Positions 54,383 through 62,873 of a DNA stretch of 64,000 nt are shown in pieces. The notes below the pieces were generated by a model. The model did not search any database. It was not told where the DNA came from and saw only the letters and a program-made list of their open reading frames with translations. The translations under genes were made by a program, and so were the position numbers. The DNA is taken from positions 160,001 through 224,000 of the IMG/VR virus record IMGVR_UViG_3300050156_000143; one strand, 5' to 3'. Numbering within the stretch: the stretch's first letter is position 1; each line of letters opens with the position of its first letter. The stretch is from a virus. Its lineage: Duplodnaviria > Caudoviricetes.

Positions 54383-54766
54383 ATGACTACTATTGACCAT
54401 CTGATCCAAATTGCCACCACAAAACTGAAAAACGCTACCGAAAAAATCACAAAAACGGGCGAGCAATTTTCCGCCGATCCGTTTGAAGCATTGTTGTGGG
54501 GCGATGGTGTGGTGAAAGCTGCCGCTGACCAATTGGTGTGGAAGCGTTTTCTGAATGCTGCTAAAAACACCCATCACGATCCCCAGACATTTTGCGTGGA
54601 ATATGTCTCCAACTTGATGCGGACAACCATGCTCGCTGTGATGGATGGGAACAATAGCTCCAGCCCGATGGCGAACATCATGCGGTCTGCCGAAAGTGCT
54701 GCACGAGTTAGTTTGATCGACGAATTGGTGAGTCGTGGGCTTGTTGACCACGTTTTGCTTCGCTGA
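54383..54766 (+). CDS. hypothetical protein, paralogue of 54774
   Basis: VW...FCVEYVSNL.RT. Confidence 0.7.
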   Translation: MTTIDHLIQIATTKLKNATEKITKTGEQFSADPFEALLWGDGVVKAAADQLVWKRFLNAAKNTHHDPQTFCVEYVSNLMRTTMLAVMDGNNSSSPMANIMRSAESAARVSLIDELVSRGLVDHVLLR

Positions 54767-54773
54767 AGATCAA

Positions 54774-55139
54774 ATGAAACGCAAGTGCAAATTTAATCCC
54801 AAAATGGTGGCAAAAAATGCGTTGAAACGGATTCAAGCCACCATTTTTCGATGCGAAACCTCGATGTCCGAATGCCCGAATGAGGCGATGGAGTGGCAAG
54901 ATGAATTGGCATACGCAATTGCTGAAAAGAAAGTGTGGTCTGACGTCTCAGACGCCATGACATCTGCGAATGATTTTACCAGCAAATTTTGCATAAAGTA
55001 TGTTGCCAACCTTGAACGCACGGTGAACGCCAGGGTGGAATTCAATGGTGGGGTGGCAGACAATTTGGATATGGCTGCCTCACGAATGATTGATCGCATC
55101 AATTTAACCATGAACCGCAAACGTCGGAGAACACAATGA
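54774..55139 (+). CDS. hypothetical protein, paralogue of 54383
   Basis: VW...FCIKYVANL.RT. Confidence 0.65.
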   Translation: MKRKCKFNPKMVAKNALKRIQATIFRCETSMSECPNEAMEWQDELAYAIAEKKVWSDVSDAMTSANDFTSKFCIKYVANLERTVNARVEFNGGVADNLDMAASRMIDRINLTMNRKRRRTQ

Positions 55140-55432
55140 GCAAAACTGTGGTAGATTCTGGTGCGTTAATGATGGCGATCAACGTTCTTCGCCGGAATGG
55201 AAAATCCGAAGTGGCGGACGAATTGTTGAGCACCGCAGTCAGAACCAATGGCGGGTGGATTGATGTTGAGCTGGCCCCAAAAGACGGGAGTGCGATCGAT
55301 TTATTGGCCGAAACGTTTCGGCTACCGGATTGCGGGTGGGATGGCGACAAGTGGGTCTGTGAATGGTACACAGATGGAATTATCCCGCCGGAGTTATACG
55401 CACGTATCACACATTTCAGACATATTGAATAA
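55136..55432 (+). CDS. hypothetical protein
   Basis: ATGA overlap. Confidence 0.65.
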   Translation: MSKTVVDSGALMMAINVLRRNGKSEVADELLSTAVRTNGGWIDVELAPKDGSAIDLLAETFRLPDCGWDGDKWVCEWYTDGIIPPELYARITHFRHIE

Positions 55433-55462
55433 CTTGGAGATCATTGTGTTTAATATTTCAGG

Positions 55463-55798
55463 ATGGGCAGAATGACTGACTTCACCGTGCAAAACATGTC
55501 CGCCAGGTATCAACGCCGGGTGCAAAAAATGGAATACCCAAATTCCAGTTTACAGTGGGAGTGCATGAACGCAATCACGGATGCTGTGGATAACCGATGT
55601 GCCCGTACACTGTTCATAAAACGTTACTACACAACATTGGAATTATCTGAACTGCACAAAATGCGCAAACTGTTGAAAGACCGTGGGTTTCATTGTGTTG
55701 AACACCCTAATGTCCACGCTGATCGCACACTGTGGGACATTTTGCGTAGACGGACGCCGATGATCTATCAACTTGAGATAAGCGGATGGGCATCGTGA
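55463..55798 (+). CDS. hypothetical protein ending EISGWA
   Basis: Shares C-terminal motif with the next gene. Confidence 0.65.
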   Translation: MGRMTDFTVQNMSARYQRRVQKMEYPNSSLQWECMNAITDAVDNRCARTLFIKRYYTTLELSELHKMRKLLKDRGFHCVEHPNVHADRTLWDILRRRTPMIYQLEISGWAS

Positions 55799-56055
55799 AA
55801 TACTCTCTGAGCGACGCTATCTTAGACTTCCATCCAATTTTGGCCAAGTCCTGGCGGGACACTTTAGTCAACATCCAGACCGCAGTACACACTGGTTTGG
55901 ATGTTTGTGTGCTAACATTCCCACCAGAGTTCGACGCTCGTCTACTCAACGACATCCGACACCGACTGATCGCCGATTGCTACATTGTGACTGCCCCGTC
56001 AAAACACAATGGCAACTGGGCGATTGAAGTGAGTGGGTGGGCAATTTTATCGTAA
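55786..56055 (+). CDS. hypothetical protein ending EVSGWA
   Basis: Shares C-terminal motif with the previous gene. Confidence 0.65.
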   Translation: MGIVKYSLSDAILDFHPILAKSWRDTLVNIQTAVHTGLDVCVLTFPPEFDARLLNDIRHRLIADCYIVTAPSKHNGNWAIEVSGWAILS

Positions 56056-56075
56056 CCTTAGTAAAAGGACAAACC

Positions 56076-58271
56076 GTGGAAAACAAAGAATTGAAACTGG
56101 TCATTGACTATGCGACGAAAACTGCAAAAGAAAATAAAGCAGAATATTGCACCAGCGAGCACTTTTTGCTCGCATTGTGTGCTTTTGATCCGTTTCTGAA
56201 AAAGGCGCTCGAATTTGGTGCGGATGTATCCAACATGGTGACGGAAATCTCTGAGCACCTGAAATGCCTCCCCACGGTTGAAAAGCGTAGTGAGGCCGGT
56301 ATCGCCACTGCTGGTTTCACACGGGTGGCGCAACGCGCCTATGTGCAAGCAAACGCTCAAACCCGTGAAGTGGGCGTGGCTGACATGTTTATCGCCATCG
56401 TGGGCGAAAAGGATTCTCACGCTGCCTATTTCTGCAACAAATATGGGCTGACGCACGCAGAATTCTACCCGTTCTTGACTGGTGTATCGACTACAAGTTC
56501 CCCTGCCGATGTCGCAAAGGCATCCAAAGTGTTGGAGCAATATTGCGAGAATTTGACCGCAAAGGCAGCTACTGGGGGTATTGAGCCAGTGATTGGCCGA
56601 GAAACCGAGATTGACACGATTTTCCATGTGTTGGCTAAGAAATACAAACCCAATGTGTTGTTGGTGGGCGACCCTGGCGTGGGCAAAACGAAGATCGCTG
56701 AGGGGATTGCACTCAAGATTCATGAAAAAACGGTGCCGACTTTCATTGAAAATCGTGAAGTTTGGACACTGGACATCGGTTCATTGCTCGCTGGCACCAA
56801 ATACCGGGGTGAGTTTGAAGAAAAGGTGAAAGAGATTCTGACGGCATTGCAGGATAAGGGCAATGTCATTTTGTTCATCGATGAGGCGCACTCCATGCGT
56901 GGGGCGGGTAGTTCGTCCGGTGGCGGCCCTGATATGTCCAACATGTTCAAACCTGCTTTGGCCAGCGGCAAGATCATGGTGATCGCCAGCACTACCTGGG
57001 ATGAGTTCTATCAGTCGTTTGAGAAAGACCATGCACTGATGCGCCGTTTCGAGCGGGTGTCGGTGGATGAACCTGGCCGAGAATCTGCTATCAAAATTGT
57101 TTCCGGCGTCGCGCCCCGTTTGGAAGAGTTTCACGGCGTTGTGATTCCCGATGAAGTGGTGGTGTCGGCAGTGGACAACGCAATTCGGTATTTGCCAACT
57201 ACAAAAAACCCGGATAAGTCCATCGGATTGCTTGACGCAGTTTGCACCCGATACCGCGTAGCTGGCGAAAAGGGTACTGTCACTGTGCAAGACGTGATCG
57301 CTCAAATTGAGAAACAAACTGGTATCGCTGCTGATAAGTTGAGCGGCGACAATGTGGAGCGAATGGCCAATCTGGAAAACAACTTGAAGGGCAAACTGTT
57401 TGGACAGGATGCCGCCATCGGGAAAATTGTTGACCGAGTTTGCCTGGCATTCAGTGGCATGGGTTCCCAGAAAAAGCCTATGGCCAGCTTTTTGTTTACC
57501 GGGCCAAGCGGTTGTGGCAAAACTGAATTGTGCAAGCAACTGAGCGAAATGTTGGCAATGCCGCTCATCCGATACGACATGAGCGAGTTCAGCGAGCGCC
57601 ACACTCTGAGTGCGCTGATTGGATCACCTCCTGGGTATGTTGGTTATGGTGAAGGTGCAGCCGGGAATGGCAGGTTGATCACGGATGTTCGCAAACGGCC
57701 ATATTCCATCTTGCTGTTTGATGAGTTCGAGAAAGGCCACCCAGACATTTACAACATTTTTCTGCAAATGTTGGACGAGGGAACTGTCACCTCATCCGCA
57801 GGAATGAAAGTTGATGTCAGCAATTGCATCATCGTGATGACCACCAACCTGGGCGCGGCGGACAACGAGCGTGCAGTTATCGGGTTTGCAAATCAGGCAC
57901 GTAACGCTGAAGACAAGGCGCTGAAAGACTTCATGCGCCCAGAGTTGCGAAATCGATTAGATGAAATTGTGAAGTTTAATAAACTTTCCCCAGAATCGGT
58001 TAAAGAAGTAGTTCGCAAGTTTCTGGGCATCTTGCAGAAACAAGTGGTGGACACGGGCATCACTTTGTCATACACGGACAATGTGGTTGACATGATTGCG
58101 GAAAAGGGGTTTGACCCAGTGTTAGGAGCACGTCCGATTAGTCGCAAAATTGATGAACTCGTGCGGGTGCCGTTGAGCCGCAAGGTGATGTTTGAACGGT
58201 TGCGAAACGCTGAAGTGCATGTTTCTGTCAGTGACGGTAAATTTGAGTTCAACGTGACGCAAAAGGTGTAA
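56076..58271 (+). CDS. clpA: ATP-dependent Clp protease ATP-binding subunit ClpA
   Basis: Clp N-domain (EHFLLAL), GDPGVGKT, FIDEAH, GPSGCGKT, DMSEF.E.H, IGF loop, no M-domain; AAGGA SD before GTG. Confidence 0.93.
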   Translation: MENKELKLVIDYATKTAKENKAEYCTSEHFLLALCAFDPFLKKALEFGADVSNMVTEISEHLKCLPTVEKRSEAGIATAGFTRVAQRAYVQANAQTREVGVADMFIAIVGEKDSHAAYFCNKYGLTHAEFYPFLTGVSTTSSPADVAKASKVLEQYCENLTAKAATGGIEPVIGRETEIDTIFHVLAKKYKPNVLLVGDPGVGKTKIAEGIALKIHEKTVPTFIENREVWTLDIGSLLAGTKYRGEFEEKVKEILTALQDKGNVILFIDEAHSMRGAGSSSGGGPDMSNMFKPALASGKIMVIASTTWDEFYQSFEKDHALMRRFERVSVDEPGRESAIKIVSGVAPRLEEFHGVVIPDEVVVSAVDNAIRYLPTTKNPDKSIGLLDAVCTRYRVAGEKGTVTVQDVIAQIEKQTGIAADKLSGDNVERMANLENNLKGKLFGQDAAIGKIVDRVCLAFSGMGSQKKPMASFLFTGPSGCGKTELCKQLSEMLAMPLIRYDMSEFSERHTLSALIGSPPGYVGYGEGAAGNGRLITDVRKRPYSILLFDEFEKGHPDIYNIFLQMLDEGTVTSSAGMKVDVSNCIIVMTTNLGAADNERAVIGFANQARNAEDKALKDFMRPELRNRLDEIVKFNKLSPESVKEVVRKFLGILQKQVVDTGITLSYTDNVVDMIAEKGFDPVLGARPISRKIDELVRVPLSRKVMFERLRNAEVHVSVSDGKFEFNVTQKV

Positions 58272-58276
58272 TCAAC

Positions 58277-58906
58277 ATGAGGGGCAAATCGCCCCTCCAC
58301 TTTTATATGGACATTGTAAAAAAACAGACCCTGTATTACGGGAAATACCAATACCGTGTTGATCTGGGGGCAATCAACGGATCAAAATCAGTACGTATTT
58401 CTAAATTCCGAAAATTGTATAACGAATATACCAAAGATTTGTGCGTTTGGTACGACAGTCACAAAAATGTTGCAAGAACCATGACGTTCAGGGATTACGC
58501 ACTATCACATGACACGGTGATATTATTTGTGCAAAATGATGCCACATTGAACGACCTACTAACAATATGCAATCGCCACAGTCAAACTCCTACGTCAATC
58601 ACAAAATGTGAACAATCCGGTGTCCCCAATGTGATTTATCATGTTGCCCCCACGTTCGCACACCGGATTTATCTCATTTTACCCAAGAGCGATGATGATA
58701 CGTACTATGAATTGCTGAAGTGGGCGAGTATGATGGGGGCCAATATTCGATGTGATCACCAGGATTGTTGGCGTGGGCACACCGGACGGACAGTTCGCAC
58801 TATGAAATGGATCGACGTAAAAACAGATGAGGATAAGACTGCGTTTTTGCTAACATTCGGCAGTAATGTGAGCGAATCGGTGGAAATACGAAAGAGGCCG
58901 TGGTGA
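58277..58906 (+). CDS. hypothetical protein (C-terminal D-x-F-L-L family)
   Basis: WIDVKTDEDKTAFLLTFG. Confidence 0.7.
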   Translation: MRGKSPLHFYMDIVKKQTLYYGKYQYRVDLGAINGSKSVRISKFRKLYNEYTKDLCVWYDSHKNVARTMTFRDYALSHDTVILFVQNDATLNDLLTICNRHSQTPTSITKCEQSGVPNVIYHVAPTFAHRIYLILPKSDDDTYYELLKWASMMGANIRCDHQDCWRGHTGRTVRTMKWIDVKTDEDKTAFLLTFGSNVSESVEIRKRPW

Positions 58907-58939
58907 GCTAAATATCGCAAAGGATATCGATCACCCCCT

Positions 58940-59530
58940 ATGAAAATCTCAGAATTATTGTCAGAAGCTCGCAATCCAAAATGGACGTATACTCCCACCA
59001 AAGTCCAAGGAGTGTTGGATCGTGTGACTATCAAGTTGAACGAATCTGAATCTCCACAATTGACCAAATTGGCGCACCGGATTGCTCAACTACGGGAAAC
59101 CACCGAGCGCATGGAGCTTTTGGAACGAGAGTTGACTGCCACAGTCAAGGATGAGATGCGCGAAGTTTTTGATGCAGAAGATATTGCACTTACTCGGGTA
59201 GTGGAAACTGCAAAGTTCGTTTTGACTCTGAGTAAAGAAGAAACTGCTGCAATGAAGTCCCCAACATCAAAAACCAATTATGAATCGGTAGTAAAAGATT
59301 TGGTCAAAATGATGCCAGAGTTGCAAGAAAAGTTGGACGAACTGATTAAACTGCATACCAAGATCGAACAACCCAAGGATACGGTGGCAAAATTGTCGGT
59401 CAAGCCGGTTAAACTTGACGAGAACATTGGAGTAACTCTGATGCGGCTGATTTCCCAAACATATAAGAAAATTGTGTCATGGGCGCAAACTTATGACAAT
59501 AGGTTAGAAGCATTGAAAGCACGCATTTAA
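58940..59530 (+). CDS. coiled-coil late protein
   Basis: TAAATA at 58909; starts MKISELLSE. Confidence 0.8.
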   Translation: MKISELLSEARNPKWTYTPTKVQGVLDRVTIKLNESESPQLTKLAHRIAQLRETTERMELLERELTATVKDEMREVFDAEDIALTRVVETAKFVLTLSKEETAAMKSPTSKTNYESVVKDLVKMMPELQEKLDELIKLHTKIEQPKDTVAKLSVKPVKLDENIGVTLMRLISQTYKKIVSWAQTYDNRLEALKARI

Positions 59531-59549
59531 CCTTATTTTCTCCAACCTG

Positions 59550-59575
59550 AAAAAAGTGGCCTAGGCCACTTTTTT
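59550..59575. terminator. intrinsic terminator (CCTAGG family)
   Basis: AAAAAAGTGGCCTAGGCCACTTTTTT. Confidence 0.85.
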
Positions 59576-59591
59576 GCATTAGAATCCCATC

Positions 59592-59909
59592 ATGATATTC
59601 AAACTAGCATCGCCAATAGAAACTACCTGGGACAATCTGCCCGATTTGCTTGAACATTCAGTCAAAGACATGGTTCCACCACTTTGGGACACAATAGTTC
59701 AAAACGGGTGGGAAAATAGAGTAAAAATACACGACGTGTCGATGGCTCCGTCGGTGCAATTTTACACTCTCCCGCATCCCACTATTAGTGCGGCATTCAT
59801 GATGCAGACCAAGTCGGTGTATATCAAGCGTGTTGTTTCCATCAAAGTCGATGGTGTTACCGAAAATGATCCAGCGGCAATTCATTTTTTACTAACGTAT
59901 TGCACATAA
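59592..59909 (+). CDS. hypothetical protein (C-terminal family)
   Basis: ends DPAAIHFLLTYCT. Confidence 0.65.
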   Translation: MIFKLASPIETTWDNLPDLLEHSVKDMVPPLWDTIVQNGWENRVKIHDVSMAPSVQFYTLPHPTISAAFMMQTKSVYIKRVVSIKVDGVTENDPAAIHFLLTYCT

Positions 59910-60175
59910 TGATCGCCAAACTGAATAAACCATGTTCTGGGCTGTTTCATCGGGAATTGTTCAATCACGAGATCGAAATATTGTTGTCGAAAATATATCA
60001 AGAATTGGTGAAATATGATCTGGTAAATCACGTGCGTGCGTCCCATCCGTGGCTATTTTATGTTTCACATATTCCACATAAAACTCTGTATTATGAAACA
60101 ACTGAAATCGACATTGACGACTCGGTTTTGCATTTGCCTAATACCATTGCATTCTTACTGCTTCATTGCTCATGA
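59909..60175 (+). CDS. hypothetical protein, paralogue of 59592
   Basis: ends PNTIAFLLLHCS. Confidence 0.65.
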   Translation: MIAKLNKPCSGLFHRELFNHEIEILLSKIYQELVKYDLVNHVRASHPWLFYVSHIPHKTLYYETTEIDIDDSVLHLPNTIAFLLLHCS

Positions 60176-60768
60176 AAAATAGTGGCGACATCGACATTGA
60201 TGTGGGAAATAGAGACCAATTACTTGCATTAATCGACCATAATCCAGCCAAAATTTGCACACAAGATGGGGACAGGCGGCATGGATCGGGAATATACGTT
60301 ACCGACATTCCATATGATTTTGTGAATGAAATTGCGACCATCGATTACCAAAGTGCGGAAACACGCGGTTACTTCAAGTTGGATATATTGAACGTGTCTC
60401 TATACTCAGAAATAACAAACACGGATGAGCTAGAATCGCTGATGGTTCCACCAAAATGGGAGTCACTGGGTTCACGAGAATTTGTCGAACAGTTGACACA
60501 TCTTGGTCAACACTATGATCTCTTACAAGAACTCCCCCCGATAACTTCCATAGTGGAACTGGCAATGGCTCTAGCCATCATTCGCCCCGCTAAACGCCAT
60601 CTTGCTGGAAAACCTTGGGAAATCGTGAAAAAAACGATTTGGCAAACTACTCCAGGTCAATATGCCTTCAAAAAGGCGCATGCGATAGCTTACGCTCATT
60701 TGGTAGTAGTCAATATGAATATGGCGTCAAGGAATTTTGCGAACCATTATGACCCCTTTTCTCTTTGA
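60172..60768 (+). CDS. minimal DNA polymerase III alpha (DnaE)-like protein
   Basis: DIDID, HGSG, GYFKLDIL, AIIRP, YAFKKAHAIAY in about 200 aa. Confidence 0.8.
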   Translation: MKNSGDIDIDVGNRDQLLALIDHNPAKICTQDGDRRHGSGIYVTDIPYDFVNEIATIDYQSAETRGYFKLDILNVSLYSEITNTDELESLMVPPKWESLGSREFVEQLTHLGQHYDLLQELPPITSIVELAMALAIIRPAKRHLAGKPWEIVKKTIWQTTPGQYAFKKAHAIAYAHLVVVNMNMASRNFANHYDPFSL

Positions 60769-61104
60769 TTTTTTTACACCAAGAGCATGGATGCTGCATA
60801 TCGGCCCGTGAAGTATGGTCAGATTTTTGGTGACAAACGTTTTCAAAAATGGCTTGAATTCGTGCCATTCATGGCGTAAAAACAAGTGAATTGGCACAAT
60901 TCGGTTACTTCCCCACCACCACGCATCACCAAGTTCTAGAAACCGTTTCCTGGCGTCTGAGTTGGTAATGGCCGAATAATCATAAAGTGACGTGACGGAT
61001 GTATCCTGGTTTTGTACAATTCCCACATAATCAACACCAGCGTATGTGCAAATTGTGATAAAGGGGTAATGTTCAGCTAGTGTTGTTAAGTAGTTTTCTT
61101 GCAT
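60727..61104 (-). CDS. conserved large-phage hypothetical protein
   Basis: YVGIVQN.D, WWWGSNR..PI..FL; TAAATA on - at 61114. Confidence 0.8.
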   Translation of the reverse strand: MQENYLTTLAEHYPFITICTYAGVDYVGIVQNQDTSVTSLYDYSAITNSDARKRFLELGDAWWWGSNRIVPIHLFLRHEWHEFKPFLKTFVTKNLTILHGPICSIHALGVKKSKRKGVIMVRKIP

Positions 61105-61145
61105 TTGTGCGGTTATTTAGGTGGCATCTGTCGGTTAAATACCTT

Positions 61146-61865
61146 ATGTATGCAACAACCGTCTATATTTACAAACCTCGTCAGCAGGTGATTGTATATT
61201 CTGGTAACAGTCCTAGGAAATTTCAGCAAATGTACGCAAATAATCTCAAACTGCATCGCGGCGTTGATAACAAAATTCAATTCCGATTTCTGAACCAAGA
61301 GCAAAAACCTATTGATGTGTCAGATAGAGAAATCACTTGTCGAATATTGGATTCAACCAATTCTCAGGTCATATTGCAAAAAACGTTGTCAGGATTCTTG
61401 CCAGTCACGGGCATCATGGAGTTGGAGGTGTTGTCCTCCGATTTGGTTGATATAAAACCACAGAATTGCTTTTATTCACTTAGTTTCGCCGATGGCGACG
61501 GTGTGTACCCAGTATTTGTGGATACGTTGGGTGGATCAAAAGGTAAGATTGAGATAATGGATGACATATTGCCCACACATGTTGAATCCAACCTTGTTGG
61601 CATACCGTCTACCTCGGGTGCGATTTATTATTCCAGTGAATTTTCACCAGACAAATTTTCTACTACGATTCAAGTCGTTTTGACTGGATATTCTGGCTAC
61701 ATTGTCGTAGAAGGGTCAGTTAATTCGACCACATGGTACACAGTCACGCAGGTCTCGTTGGTTGCCAGTGATGGTGCTATAATTTCAATCGATGGGTTCC
61801 ACCCCAAAGTCAGAGTCAAATTTCAACCCACACAAGGCGAACCTACCCGCATTCTGTATCGATGA
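61146..61865 (+). CDS. late, probably structural protein
   Basis: TAAATA (61136)-N4-ATG; KLHRGVDNKIQF.F.NQEQKP; beta-rich. Confidence 0.75.
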   Translation: MYATTVYIYKPRQQVIVYSGNSPRKFQQMYANNLKLHRGVDNKIQFRFLNQEQKPIDVSDREITCRILDSTNSQVILQKTLSGFLPVTGIMELEVLSSDLVDIKPQNCFYSLSFADGDGVYPVFVDTLGGSKGKIEIMDDILPTHVESNLVGIPSTSGAIYYSSEFSPDKFSTTIQVVLTGYSGYIVVEGSVNSTTWYTVTQVSLVASDGAIISIDGFHPKVRVKFQPTQGEPTRILYR

Positions 61866-61898
61866 ATGTTGGGGCGTCTTGGATTCTAAAATCACAAG

Positions 61899-62873
61899 AT
61901 GTACAACATTCTCACCATTATTCCAGGGCAAGTAAAAACAACTAAAAGTGGGTGGCATTCGTTTAATGCAGTTTGCTGCCACAATCGTGGACACCGGGTT
62001 GACACGAGATTTCGAGGCGGGCTGAAAATTGATGGAAACAATTGGCTCTACCATTGCTTCAATTGTCAATACACATGTTCTTTTGAATATGGTAGGTTCA
62101 TAGATGACAAAACGTCTGAAATGCTCAAATGGTGTGGAATGGAGCAATCGGATATCAATCGATGGTCTTTCGATAGTCGCAGTCATCGGCACATTTTGGA
62201 TTTAATCCCAAAAGCGGTAGTTGAAGATGAGATCACGTTCCCACCAATATCACTACCAAATAACTCAGAGTTCATTGATAAAGCAAATCCCAAGCATGCC
62301 AGATACATTGAATATCTAGAATCAAGAAAGATTGATCCGTTAAAGTACCCATTTTGTGTAACGCCTTATGAGAAAGGTAGAAACAACAATAGAATCATTG
62401 TGCCCTACACGTACAAAAATGAAATAGTTGGACACACTTCCAGGTTCATGGACAACAGACTACCCAAATATCTAAATGACCAATCTCCTGGGTATGTTTT
62501 TGGATACGATTTACAACATCCTGAGTGGCAAGTTTGTATATTGATGGAGGGCATTTTTGATGCTCTGAGCATAGATGGTTGTGCCACAATGCACGAGACC
62601 ATTTCCCCATCACAGGCCAAACTGTTAGCCACACTCAAACGTAAAATCATCGTGGTTCCAGATTATGACAAATCTGGTTTGTCCATGATCTCCAAGGCGC
62701 AAGAATATGGCTATTCAATAAGTTTACCAAATTGGGGAGAAGGTGTAAAAGACGTGAACGACGCTGTTGTGAGGTACGGTAAATTGCCAACTGTTTTGGC
62801 AATTTTGGAAGCCGCTACCACTAGTAAAATTTTAATAGAAATGAAAAGGCAACGCATTGCTGCAAGAATTTAA
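61899..62873 (+). CDS. phage DNA primase (gp61/DnaG-like)
   Basis: Zn finger CCH...YHCFNC, RIIVP, Toprim MEGIFDA and PDYD, KDVND. Confidence 0.9.
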   Translation: MYNILTIIPGQVKTTKSGWHSFNAVCCHNRGHRVDTRFRGGLKIDGNNWLYHCFNCQYTCSFEYGRFIDDKTSEMLKWCGMEQSDINRWSFDSRSHRHILDLIPKAVVEDEITFPPISLPNNSEFIDKANPKHARYIEYLESRKIDPLKYPFCVTPYEKGRNNNRIIVPYTYKNEIVGHTSRFMDNRLPKYLNDQSPGYVFGYDLQHPEWQVCILMEGIFDALSIDGCATMHETISPSQAKLLATLKRKIIVVPDYDKSGLSMISKAQEYGYSISLPNWGEGVKDVNDAVVRYGKLPTVLAILEAATTSKILIEMKRQRIAARI

